Shown here one piece after another: positions 55,392 through 64,000 of a stretch of DNA of 64,000 nt (positions are counted from its first letter, which is position 1; every line of letters starts with the position of its first letter). The DNA is from an uncultured virus (IMG/VR IMGVR_UViG_3300027126_000148). Lineage: Duplodnaviria > Heunggongvirae > Uroviricota > Caudoviricetes. The stretch lies in the IMG/VR virus record IMGVR_UViG_3300027126_000148; one strand, given 5' to 3'. Under the pieces are notes generated by a model. It saw nothing but the letters and a program-made list of their open reading frames with translations. It did no database searches and was not told the DNA's origin. The position numbers were made by a program, and so were the translations under genes.

Positions 55392-58300
55392 ATGAATAAC
55401 TTCGAAGATTTTAAATACATAAAAGGCTTTGGCGGCGGAGGCGGAGCAAGTCAAGCCCCAGCGCCAACTTCTGCATACGAAGATGTTGAGGGGTTTGTCT
55501 ACGATGGCCTTGCTTATAATGTATATCAATTTGCCAAAGTAAAAGATCTTTTATCAGAAGGACCAATTGGAGGTTTGCTTGAGGGGCAATATCTTTTTTC
55601 AGGTCAAGCTGGAGACCTAGGTTTTAAAAAAGTTACTTACAATGAATACCCATCAGTGGTAGGAAGCGACGGCGAATCAAAGTATTTAAGATCGGTGCAG
55701 TGGAATCAAACACCCCTTTTAGATAGCCAAGACAAATACAATTTCCAACAAATAAATATCCAAGTAACAAATGGAACTCCAGTAGGCACTTCATCAGGAG
55801 GAGAGTTTGACAACGTTTCTTATATTCGTTCAATAGGAGAAAGATTAAGAGGACCAAATCAACTAGCTACTACTGAAGACGATGTTCTTGATTATCAAAG
55901 GACCTATCGCATTCTTAATAGAGAGTGCAAAAAGATGTCTCTTATTTTTAGAGTTTCTTCTCTTTATGTTGCTTTAAAATATCAAGACCTAGAAGCTGTA
56001 GAAAAAGGATTAAAAATAGAAGGAGTTACGTCGGCAAATAAAACTAATGGTAATTTTACATTAGACCCCTCAACTAGAGAAGTTGAACTCACCGATGGAA
56101 AGACGCTAGATGCAGGAGTAGGCTCTGTAATACGCCATAATTTTAAAATTAGAATTAGGATATCTCCAATTTATAAAGAAGGCTACAACGGTAATTCTGC
56201 GACTATTCCTTTGACTTCAGATAAAGTTAAAGTAGTTAATGACGCAAAAGATCTAGTAGTTAACGTAGATTCATTTCCTCAAGTATTCGAAATAGAATCA
56301 AAAGGAAAAGTTACCCAAGGTTACGCTAAACAAGTTGTCTTTGATACTTCTTCTAAATTCCTTTCATTAAATGAAAATGAAAATTGGTTAGGTTGGGATA
56401 TTTCAGTATTAAAAATTAGTCCAGAAGATACTTATTCTTCAAGAGTTTCTTTTATAAGCTTAGAGAGTATTACTGAAATTTATTCTTCTTCATTCAGATA
56501 TACTAATTCTGCAATCGTAACCTCTAAATTTAATGCCGCATACTTCTCAAAAATACCAGAAAGATCATACGATGTTAAGCTACTGAAGGTTAAAGTTCCT
56601 GCTAATTATGACCCAGTAACGAAGACTTACGGCAATACTACGCCTCTTTCAATTACAGAAACTAATTCATTTAAGAAAACCGATAAAGTAATAACAACAG
56701 ATTTCTTTATTGGAGAAGACGCTTCTTATGCAAATTCTGACAATGTTAATCCTCCGATTACAGACGGCTTAATTGCTCAGTTTGATGCGAGCAATCCCTC
56801 CTTAACTACTTCAACTGGAGCCGTAACTAGTTGGCCCAATACTGTAGCTGGATCAACTATAAAATGTATATTAGGAGATGGAACTTACGCATCTCCTGCT
56901 GGAACTACAGCTAGACCAATATATGGATCAAACTACTCAGAGCAAAGCCCTAATGGAAATTATGGAGTTTCATTTACGACAAGTCAAAAAGTAAGATTCG
57001 TTTATCAAACCGAAACTGCCTCATTTTCTGACGCTAATAACAATTATACTATTTTTACAGTATGCAAATGGCATGATAGCGCGACAAGCGCAGAAAGAAA
57101 CAAGATAATTTCATCATCTACCGCACCTTCTTCTTTTGTTTTAGGTTTCGATGCTAAATTCAATAGCACATTTGTTATAGGAGCGCAAGTCTATGGCGTA
57201 ATGCCCATTAATTTTTATCAATTCAATCGATCTAATTACTGGGACACTTCTAATGACGCAAATACTTACATAGCAGGTACAAGCGTAAACAATCTAAAAG
57301 ATATAAATATTTTTTGGCAAAACACTAATTACTACGCAAAACCAGTTTATGCAGTAGCCGCTCCAAAAGGATTAGCTATCAATTCAGCAGGGGCCACTAG
57401 CAGATGTACCGTATTTGAGATACTAGTTTTCAACAAAGCCTTGTCTAAATCAGACGGCATAAAGATAAGAAACTGGTTAAATAACAAGTGGAACGTAACC
57501 AGAAACAGCATAAGCACTACAACTACAAGCGGATCTTATAATACCAACGTTCTTAATGTAGGGGCAAGCACTTATTTAAAAATGCCATTAAAAACTCTTT
57601 GCGCTAACGGCCAATCGACAAAAGCCTACAGTTATGCAGGAGGCAACCTAGCTTCCTCTGATTATTATCAATTTGATTTAATACCTCAAAGATATTGGAA
57701 AAACTCCTCTGTTCCATCTAACTTTTCTTTAAAAGATCAAGGGTTTTGCAGCTTCTATTCTGACTTTTTTATTAAACTAAGCGCAAGCATTTCAAACGGT
57801 AACTATACTTTAATTCATAGAGATAATCAATTTAATCTTTCTATGACTATATCTGGAGAAAATGTAAGTTTAATACTCACAATTATTTCTTCAAATGATG
57901 GTAAAAAATACACTATAACAAAAGCATTAGATTCAACAAAGTATTCAACAACTAGACTCAAAGACGCTTTCACAAGAATTAGTTTTTACGCATTACCAAA
58001 AGTAGTCAAACCAAACATATCATATAACGCAAACGCCGCTAAAGTAACTAACATAAATATATCAGACAGAACTTGGACTAATGATTATCTTACAGTTAGA
58101 AGAGTTACGACTGACGGAGGGGAAAAAGCGTTAGCTCTAGAATTAAAAGATTTTTATTTAATAAAATCTATAACATTTAAAGAAGACACTTCTTATAGTA
58201 GCGAAATAAACAACTTACCACAGACTTGCTATAAATATATATATTGTAATTTTAATTCTTCATCAGTTAATATTGGGCAACAAAAATTCCCAAATTATAT

Positions 58301-61300
58301 AGCTGGTATTGAAAGAAGATTAACTAAAGAATATTTTCCTGACATATTAAATGCAGAAATAGATATTCTAGTAAATCTTGAAAAACAAATTCAATGCAAT
58401 ATAAATATCGCTAATTACTCCAGCTACCAAACTCTTTGCGTAGGAGCTTTATGGAGACCCAATTCAGACGCTACTTTTCAAAACGAAATAAATCAAAGAG
58501 TACAAGTAAGCGCCATTTCTCAAGCAGCTTTAGATGCTTATAACAAATTAGATGTACATAAAACATTCGACGGGTCTTCTACTTCAATAACTCTTGATTC
58601 TTCTCAAGAGCAAGTCAAAGTTCTTATTCCTCTTGCCGCTGGACAAATATATGACGCAGCAAATACAAAAACTGGCCCATTTATACCTTCTTACTTTATA
58701 ACAAATAATAATCAAATAGAAATATTTACAGACAAATCTGGTGCTGGATTTGGCGGTAAAATACAAGGATTTGCTGATTCTATTAGGGTAAATCAAATTG
58801 ATTTTGACAGACTTTCTTTGACTCAAGCTTTTGCAAGAAACCTTTTCTCGGAAGGTCTTTCTAGGAAAACAGTTGTTTACGATGTAGCGGGAGTTTTACC
58901 TTATTCTACATCAAACGATTATTGGGATGGAGAATTTAAAACTAATAAAGAGTGGACCGATAATCCAGCTTGGTGCTTCTACGATCTATTAACAAATAAA
59001 AGATACGGAGTAGGTAATTATGTTACAGAAAATGATGTAGATAAATGGTCTCTTTATCAAATAGCTAAGTATTGCGATGAGCTTGTTTCAGATGGATTTG
59101 GAGGAGTAGAACCAAGATTTACTTGTAACCTTTATATACAAAGTCAAGATGACGCTCTTAAAGTATTGTCTGACATGGCATCAGTATTTAGAGGAATGTT
59201 TTATTACTCAAATGGATTCATTTACGCTATAAATGACATGCCAGAAGAGACTCCTATTTACTCTTTTACTAACTCTAATGTTGTTGATGGAAACTTCAAT
59301 TACGAATCTACTTCACTAAAAGATAGAAACTCTGCTGTATATGTTCGTTATATTGATAAAAATAATTTCTATAAACCAGCAGTAGAATACGTTGAAAATA
59401 TTGAAGCGGTTAGAAAATTCGGATTTAAAGAAACCGAATTAACAGCCTTTGGATGCACCAGTAGAGGTCAAGCTCAAAGACTTGGCAGATGGTTGTTGGC
59501 ATCAGAGTATAATGAAACAGAGACCGTATCTTTTGAATCTGGCCCAGAGTGCGTATATTTAAAACCCGGAGATGTAATTAAGGTTTATGATTACAATAGA
59601 AAATACAAGACAGTAGGAGGAAGGTTAAATAATATTAATATCTCTGGGGGTGTTAATGCAACTACTGGCATATTGGCGCTAGATAGAAAACTTGATTTCA
59701 ATTTCTCAGGAAATCAAAGCTATAAATTAACAATACTATCTCCTAAGTACAATCTCGACCCCAGTTTTGCAGGAGCAGTAAATAGCAATATTGATTATAA
59801 CGAATACAGACAACCGCTGACTAACTCTTTTATAATTAATAGCGGTAACTTAATAACTGGTCAATATTACGATTCTATAAGAATTACTGGATTAGCACCA
59901 GTAATGGCTTCTGGATTGAATGTAACTGGATTATCTTATTTTACTGGAGCATCTGGAATGTCTCCAAAATCAATAACTTGGGCTTTAGAAAATTCAGGCA
60001 ATTTAAATGGCTCTACAGATAGTGATTATGATTTTTATAGAGTATTTAGAATTCAAGAATCTACAGAGGGAAGCAGCTACACTGTTATGGGTTCCCAAAT
60101 GTATCACTTAAAATATGCCCAAATAGAATCTGGACTAAATATCACTCCTGCAAAAGCACCAGCACCAGAAGCCTCTGCTCCTTTAAGAGCTTTATTCACT
60201 CTTGGAGTCACAGAATCTAACGGCGTAATAGATCAAAGTAAAGTTAGCGTCGAAATCTTCTACGATTCTTCTATAAAAGAAACTACAATAGGGTTTAAAA
60301 TATTCAATAAAGCATTCTATGGATCTGATTTTAATCCAAATAGCTCTAGTGATTTTACGTTTGTTCCAATTGATATTTATGAATCCTATGTAAGGGCTGT
60401 ACTAGATAAAGAAAAAATAAAAGGGTCCATAAGAATTTACGGCACAAATATTAACAACAGTTCTCCATTGTCTTATGTTGAAGCTTCAAGCTCTGACAAT
60501 TCAAGCGAAACATTTGTTTCTCCAATTATTGCAATCACTTATGATGATGTAAATACAAGTTCTTCTGTTACTGTAAATAATAAAGCCTATAGTTTTAGAT
60601 CTCCAATTACTTTAACAAGATCAGAGTATTTTCAATCTTCAATACCATCACAAGTTCAATCAATTAAACCTTCAGAGTCTTTATTGTTTAACATACCCCT
60701 GCAATTTATAAAGAATCCAAACAAGTTTAATAATCTTGATTACCCTTATAGAATAGTAATAATACCTGAGAAAGTAAATACAAAAGAGTCCTTTATTACT
60801 AGCTATGATAAATACCTCAATTCTTCCACAAGCTGGGAAGAGTATTTAACGTTTGACGAAGATAGCACTAACGATAATATCTATAATTATAAAACCTCAA
60901 ATGTTTTAGGCAGATATAGAGACTTCTCTTTAGCTATAGATAAGAGAACATTTACTGATTCTGGCATGAAGTCTACTTCAAACGAATTCAAGAATGCAGA
61001 TGGATTTTTATTAGTAACTTATGATAATCAAGACGCTGATTTAAAAGCTTCTCTAAATGCAATTTTAAATGACACAAGAGCAACCTATTCGATTGTTACA
61101 AGCCAAGGATCAAATAGATTAAGATTTACTGTTCAACAAGATTCCGCGAGTTCTTTCATTAATGCATTTTATTTGTTATTAATACCTAGCGATAGTACTT
61201 TCAAGTTTGGCGTTAATTCAATAAATCATAATTCTGACGGCACACCTCTCTCAATTAATGACGCAACTGGAAAAGAAATAATTGACTCTCATTTCGTAAC

Positions 61301-62753
61301 TATACCAAATAACCAAGCGATCTTTAATTTTAATGACCTAAGCGACGACAACGGCAAAGGTTTTGATTCTACCTCTTATAATGCTTATTTAATCGCCGTA
61401 GACTCCCTGATGTTCGCTTGGCAGTTTAATTCAAACGCAGCAACAGTAAGGAATATCCTAGATTACTATTCTAGCTTTATTGACAAAGACAGTATTCAAG
61501 GCAAAAACTATGCTCAAATTAGCGACCCAATTATTATAAAACAAGAGTCATCAAACCCTCTGTCTTTCTCATTAGAATCAGTGTTAAAAGATGCGGATAC
61601 AAGATATCTTCACTTTACATTTAACAAAACAATATTAACTGAAAACACATTTGAAACTAGTGTTAATACTCTAGGTTCTCCTAATTATGCGATATCTAGG
61701 AAAAGCGTAATTTACAAGCCTACTACAAATCTTAATTTATCCGCAGGAGGTAAAGACAATAACGTTTTATCTTCAGATCCAGATGGCACTATGGCTTATT
61801 ATAAACTCTCTTTACAGAATAGAGATAACATACCTAATGCTTCCATATCTCCAAAAATACCTACAGGCAAGAGAGCTTACGTTTTAAACGGAAATAAGAT
61901 TTTCACAAGAGCTTTAGTTGCTGACCCTGCTGCTCCTGTACAATTATTAAAAGGAGTAGAATCAGAATTAGTAACCTCTAACGTCTTTAAGTCTAAAGGA
62001 AAAATCACCAATAGTTCTTTTGGCGAAGGAGGCGAAGAATTCTTTGATATATCAATTACTAGATTAAATAACTCAACATTCACAGGCAATATAAAGAGTC
62101 TGATTCCTGACAACGCAAACACTTATTTAATTCCTGTAAACGCCTCAACTTCAAACACAGAAGCCAGTGCTAAATCAGTATTTAACAATGTATTAAATGA
62201 TGGGCTACTTAACTCATCTTTTAATGCTGTAAATGTAACTCCTGAAAATAATTTTTCTGAACTTGGAGTTAGCACCAAATCTGTTGAGATATTTATAAAT
62301 AGAGAACCAAAAGACTTTACTGTTTATACTATAAATCAACAAACTACCAATTCATTGAGTAATGGTATAAATACTTTATTTTATGCTGGAGTGCCCGTTT
62401 TAGAAAACGAGTCTTTGTCTGTTTCTTTCGCAATTGGAAACGTTAATAAGGCTAAGGCTATAAAAGTATACTGCTTTGCAGGAGAAGACTTTATTGCCAG
62501 CGAAGTAGATAAGGCTCAAATAATTCCCGGAGATGATAATATTATTAAGGTCACCTTAAAAAATGTACCTTATGCAAATTATTACACTTATATTAACACT
62601 TACGCTGCGACTGAATCAATAACTAATCCAAACTTCTGGAAGTTTAAGAGCCCAAAGAATTTAGCGTTTGCACATTTAAATTTCAGAAATAAATTTCCTT
62701 TATATAATTTCCACATTCAAGCCTTAGAACTATCAATAGTAATAACTTACTAA
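55392..62753 (+). CDS. Central tail fiber/host specificity protein, lambda gpJ-like, with large insertion
   Basis: DLLSEGPIGG, KVPANYDP, WDGEFK...WTDNPAWCFYDLLT..RYG, IAKYCDELV.DG.GG.EPRFTCN, GCTSRGQAQR.GRW. Confidence 0.9.
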   Translation: MNNFEDFKYIKGFGGGGGASQAPAPTSAYEDVEGFVYDGLAYNVYQFAKVKDLLSEGPIGGLLEGQYLFSGQAGDLGFKKVTYNEYPSVVGSDGESKYLRSVQWNQTPLLDSQDKYNFQQINIQVTNGTPVGTSSGGEFDNVSYIRSIGERLRGPNQLATTEDDVLDYQRTYRILNRECKKMSLIFRVSSLYVALKYQDLEAVEKGLKIEGVTSANKTNGNFTLDPSTREVELTDGKTLDAGVGSVIRHNFKIRIRISPIYKEGYNGNSATIPLTSDKVKVVNDAKDLVVNVDSFPQVFEIESKGKVTQGYAKQVVFDTSSKFLSLNENENWLGWDISVLKISPEDTYSSRVSFISLESITEIYSSSFRYTNSAIVTSKFNAAYFSKIPERSYDVKLLKVKVPANYDPVTKTYGNTTPLSITETNSFKKTDKVITTDFFIGEDASYANSDNVNPPITDGLIAQFDASNPSLTTSTGAVTSWPNTVAGSTIKCILGDGTYASPAGTTARPIYGSNYSEQSPNGNYGVSFTTSQKVRFVYQTETASFSDANNNYTIFTVCKWHDSATSAERNKIISSSTAPSSFVLGFDAKFNSTFVIGAQVYGVMPINFYQFNRSNYWDTSNDANTYIAGTSVNNLKDINIFWQNTNYYAKPVYAVAAPKGLAINSAGATSRCTVFEILVFNKALSKSDGIKIRNWLNNKWNVTRNSISTTTTSGSYNTNVLNVGASTYLKMPLKTLCANGQSTKAYSYAGGNLASSDYYQFDLIPQRYWKNSSVPSNFSLKDQGFCSFYSDFFIKLSASISNGNYTLIHRDNQFNLSMTISGENVSLILTIISSNDGKKYTITKALDSTKYSTTRLKDAFTRISFYALPKVVKPNISYNANAAKVTNINISDRTWTNDYLTVRRVTTDGGEKALALELKDFYLIKSITFKEDTSYSSEINNLPQTCYKYIYCNFNSSSVNIGQQKFPNYIAGIERRLTKEYFPDILNAEIDILVNLEKQIQCNINIANYSSYQTLCVGALWRPNSDATFQNEINQRVQVSAISQAALDAYNKLDVHKTFDGSSTSITLDSSQEQVKVLIPLAAGQIYDAANTKTGPFIPSYFITNNNQIEIFTDKSGAGFGGKIQGFADSIRVNQIDFDRLSLTQAFARNLFSEGLSRKTVVYDVAGVLPYSTSNDYWDGEFKTNKEWTDNPAWCFYDLLTNKRYGVGNYVTENDVDKWSLYQIAKYCDELVSDGFGGVEPRFTCNLYIQSQDDALKVLSDMASVFRGMFYYSNGFIYAINDMPEETPIYSFTNSNVVDGNFNYESTSLKDRNSAVYVRYIDKNNFYKPAVEYVENIEAVRKFGFKETELTAFGCTSRGQAQRLGRWLLASEYNETETVSFESGPECVYLKPGDVIKVYDYNRKYKTVGGRLNNINISGGVNATTGILALDRKLDFNFSGNQSYKLTILSPKYNLDPSFAGAVNSNIDYNEYRQPLTNSFIINSGNLITGQYYDSIRITGLAPVMASGLNVTGLSYFTGASGMSPKSITWALENSGNLNGSTDSDYDFYRVFRIQESTEGSSYTVMGSQMYHLKYAQIESGLNITPAKAPAPEASAPLRALFTLGVTESNGVIDQSKVSVEIFYDSSIKETTIGFKIFNKAFYGSDFNPNSSSDFTFVPIDIYESYVRAVLDKEKIKGSIRIYGTNINNSSPLSYVEASSSDNSSETFVSPIIAITYDDVNTSSSVTVNNKAYSFRSPITLTRSEYFQSSIPSQVQSIKPSESLLFNIPLQFIKNPNKFNNLDYPYRIVIIPEKVNTKESFITSYDKYLNSSTSWEEYLTFDEDSTNDNIYNYKTSNVLGRYRDFSLAIDKRTFTDSGMKSTSNEFKNADGFLLVTYDNQDADLKASLNAILNDTRATYSIVTSQGSNRLRFTVQQDSASSFINAFYLLLIPSDSTFKFGVNSINHNSDGTPLSINDATGKEIIDSHFVTIPNNQAIFNFNDLSDDNGKGFDSTSYNAYLIAVDSLMFAWQFNSNAATVRNILDYYSSFIDKDSIQGKNYAQISDPIIIKQESSNPLSFSLESVLKDADTRYLHFTFNKTILTENTFETSVNTLGSPNYAISRKSVIYKPTTNLNLSAGGKDNNVLSSDPDGTMAYYKLSLQNRDNIPNASISPKIPTGKRAYVLNGNKIFTRALVADPAAPVQLLKGVESELVTSNVFKSKGKITNSSFGEGGEEFFDISITRLNNSTFTGNIKSLIPDNANTYLIPVNASTSNTEASAKSVFNNVLNDGLLNSSFNAVNVTPENNFSELGVSTKSVEIFINREPKDFTVYTINQQTTNSLSNGINTLFYAGVPVLENESLSVSFAIGNVNKAKAIKVYCFAGEDFIASEVDKAQIIPGDDNIIKVTLKNVPYANYYTYINTYAATESITNPNFWKFKSPKNLAFAHLNFRNKFPLYNFHIQALELSIVITY

Positions 62754-62754
62754 A

Positions 62755-63453
62755 ATGAAACACTACATAGTATATTTTATAAACGGCAGCTACAAATACT
62801 TGCAGTCTTCTCTTAACTTAATGGACAACCTAGATAAGCTTCATCTTGTAGGAGTAGACTATGAAGTAGTCGATTATATCGTACCATTAGAAAAACACAT
62901 TGATCAAAGCGTACTAGAACATAGAAAATTTTTACCTGATGGCAATTCAATATGGAAAAAAGAAGAGCTTATCAATAAAAAAGTAAAAGAATTCACTTCT
63001 AAAAGAAACGCTTTACTGCAAAAGCTTGATATTGATTTTATTATATCACTAGAGACCCCTAATAACAAACAAACAGAGATCATTAAAAAGAATAAAAACT
63101 TCTTAAGAGAACTCTCTTGCAGAACAGAGATGCATCATGTTCATGACTGCGAAAAGATTAATAAGTTTAACGCTTTTTATAATATAGTAGACATACAAAT
63201 CATTGACCCCGGTTATGGTTGTTCAGAACCTGTGCCTTCTGTTACTATAGCTCAACCTGAAGAAAGTGAGTTTAATTATGGACTAACTGCTTCTGCTCAT
63301 GCTATTAGAGGATCAAAAGGAGAGCTTCTTTCAATAACAATGGAAAAGCTAGGTAGTGGTTATATTTCAGATCCAGAGATTAAAATTAGCGGGTATGAAG
63401 CAGAAAACGCAAAACATCCTATAGTAAAAGCAGTGATTGGTAATATAATGTAA
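62755..63453 (+). CDS. Tail-associated protein (fiber assembly-like)
   Basis: KRNALLQKLD..F...LE...K..LR pattern; C-terminal DPGYG/GSGY units. Confidence 0.55.
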   Translation: MKHYIVYFINGSYKYLQSSLNLMDNLDKLHLVGVDYEVVDYIVPLEKHIDQSVLEHRKFLPDGNSIWKKEELINKKVKEFTSKRNALLQKLDIDFIISLETPNNKQTEIIKKNKNFLRELSCRTEMHHVHDCEKINKFNAFYNIVDIQIIDPGYGCSEPVPSVTIAQPEESEFNYGLTASAHAIRGSKGELLSITMEKLGSGYISDPEIKISGYEAENAKHPIVKAVIGNIM

Positions 63454-63456
63454 TAT

Positions 63457-64000
63457 ATGACGGATGTGCTATTTAGTTTCGGTGATGAGCATTTTTATTC
63501 AAATAATTTAGCTAACTGGTCTTCTATTAATTCAGGCCAAGAAATTGAAATAATGGGTAGCCCAGAGAAGTTCTCTGCTGTTCGTATTAATTCTATTAAT
63601 TACAATAAACCATTCTCCGTCATCTCTGAGTCAAGGATTAAATTTGATTCTAATGCAAAAGACTTGGTATTAGATGGTGATACTATTGATTGCTATTTTA
63701 AAACTTATTATGTTGCGCTTATTAATGATGTTATTGAGAAAGGTAGTGGATATAAAATCAATGAAGTAGTTAGTCTTTCTAATAGCTCTTATTTTGAGAA
63801 TAGTTTAGACAAGAAAGAAAAAGCTTTATTTAAGGTCATCTCTATAGACTCTAATGGCGGCATCTTAGAATTAAATCTAATTAGTAAAGGCAAATTTTGC
63901 CAAAATTTTAATGAAGCAGAAATAGAAGGCGGCTCTGGCAAAGGAGCCAAGCTTTCTGTAATCTTGGGCAAAAACAATAATAAAGAACTTAAGTTCTTTT
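63457..64000 (+). CDS. Putative virion structural protein (truncated by window edge)
   Basis: Manual translation MTDVLFSFG...KGSGY...GGSGKGA, open to the end. Confidence 0.55.
   Translation, partial: MTDVLFSFGDEHFYSNNLANWSSINSGQEIEIMGSPEKFSAVRINSINYNKPFSVISESRIKFDSNAKDLVLDGDTIDCYFKTYYVALINDVIEKGSGYKINEVVSLSNSSYFENSLDKKEKALFKVISIDSNGGILELNLISKGKFCQNFNEAEIEGGSGKGAKLSVILGKNNNKELKFF

Noticed and set aside
751..63977. Many short antisense or nested ORFs in the track (e.g. 751-990, 17888-18160, 30428-30781, 54750-55151, 63789-63977)
   Set aside because: They overlap well-supported genes on the opposite strand or frame and have no recognisable motifs
1..64000. Alternative genetic code (stop codon reassignment)
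   Set aside because: Long conserved genes are intact in code 11, and TAA, TAG and TGA all end genes at expected positions

Overview
The window is a 64-kb piece of a large, AT-rich dsDNA tailed phage genome, read in the standard genetic code. No host housekeeping operons, rRNA, CRISPR array, transposase or integrase are visible. (1) 1-14.4 kb, minus strand: mostly small accessory genes, including a RuvB-like ATPase fragment, an HNH nuclease, a deaminase, membrane/lipoproteins, a tail-collar domain, a cupin, a cREC plus metallophosphoesterase pair, tRNA-Thr(UGU), UvsE, Hsp20 with a sigma54-type promoter, dUTPase and dCMP deaminase. (2) A strand switch at about 14.4 kb, then a ~450-nt ORF-free, highly structured region with its own sigma70-like promoter. 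This candidate unknown ncRNA is the most interesting item. (3) 15.3-43.2 kb, plus strand: dNMP kinase, sigma factor, class II RNR, a ~8-kb glycosyltransferase/methyltransferase/gmd island, and a replication module (RecA-like, DnaB, primase, PD-(D/E)XK nuclease, a Pol III alpha split into PHP, exonuclease and core genes), followed by more glycosyltransferases. (4) 43.2-64 kb, virion genes: three tail-tube-like paralogs and a giant IPT/LamG protein on the minus strand, diverging from a lambda-like tail tip operon (M-L-K-K-I-J) decorated with putative carbohydrate-binding insertions. A recurrent GTGTAA(T/A) motif before many genes looks like a phage-specific promoter. All functional calls come from motif recognition by eye; no database searches were run.
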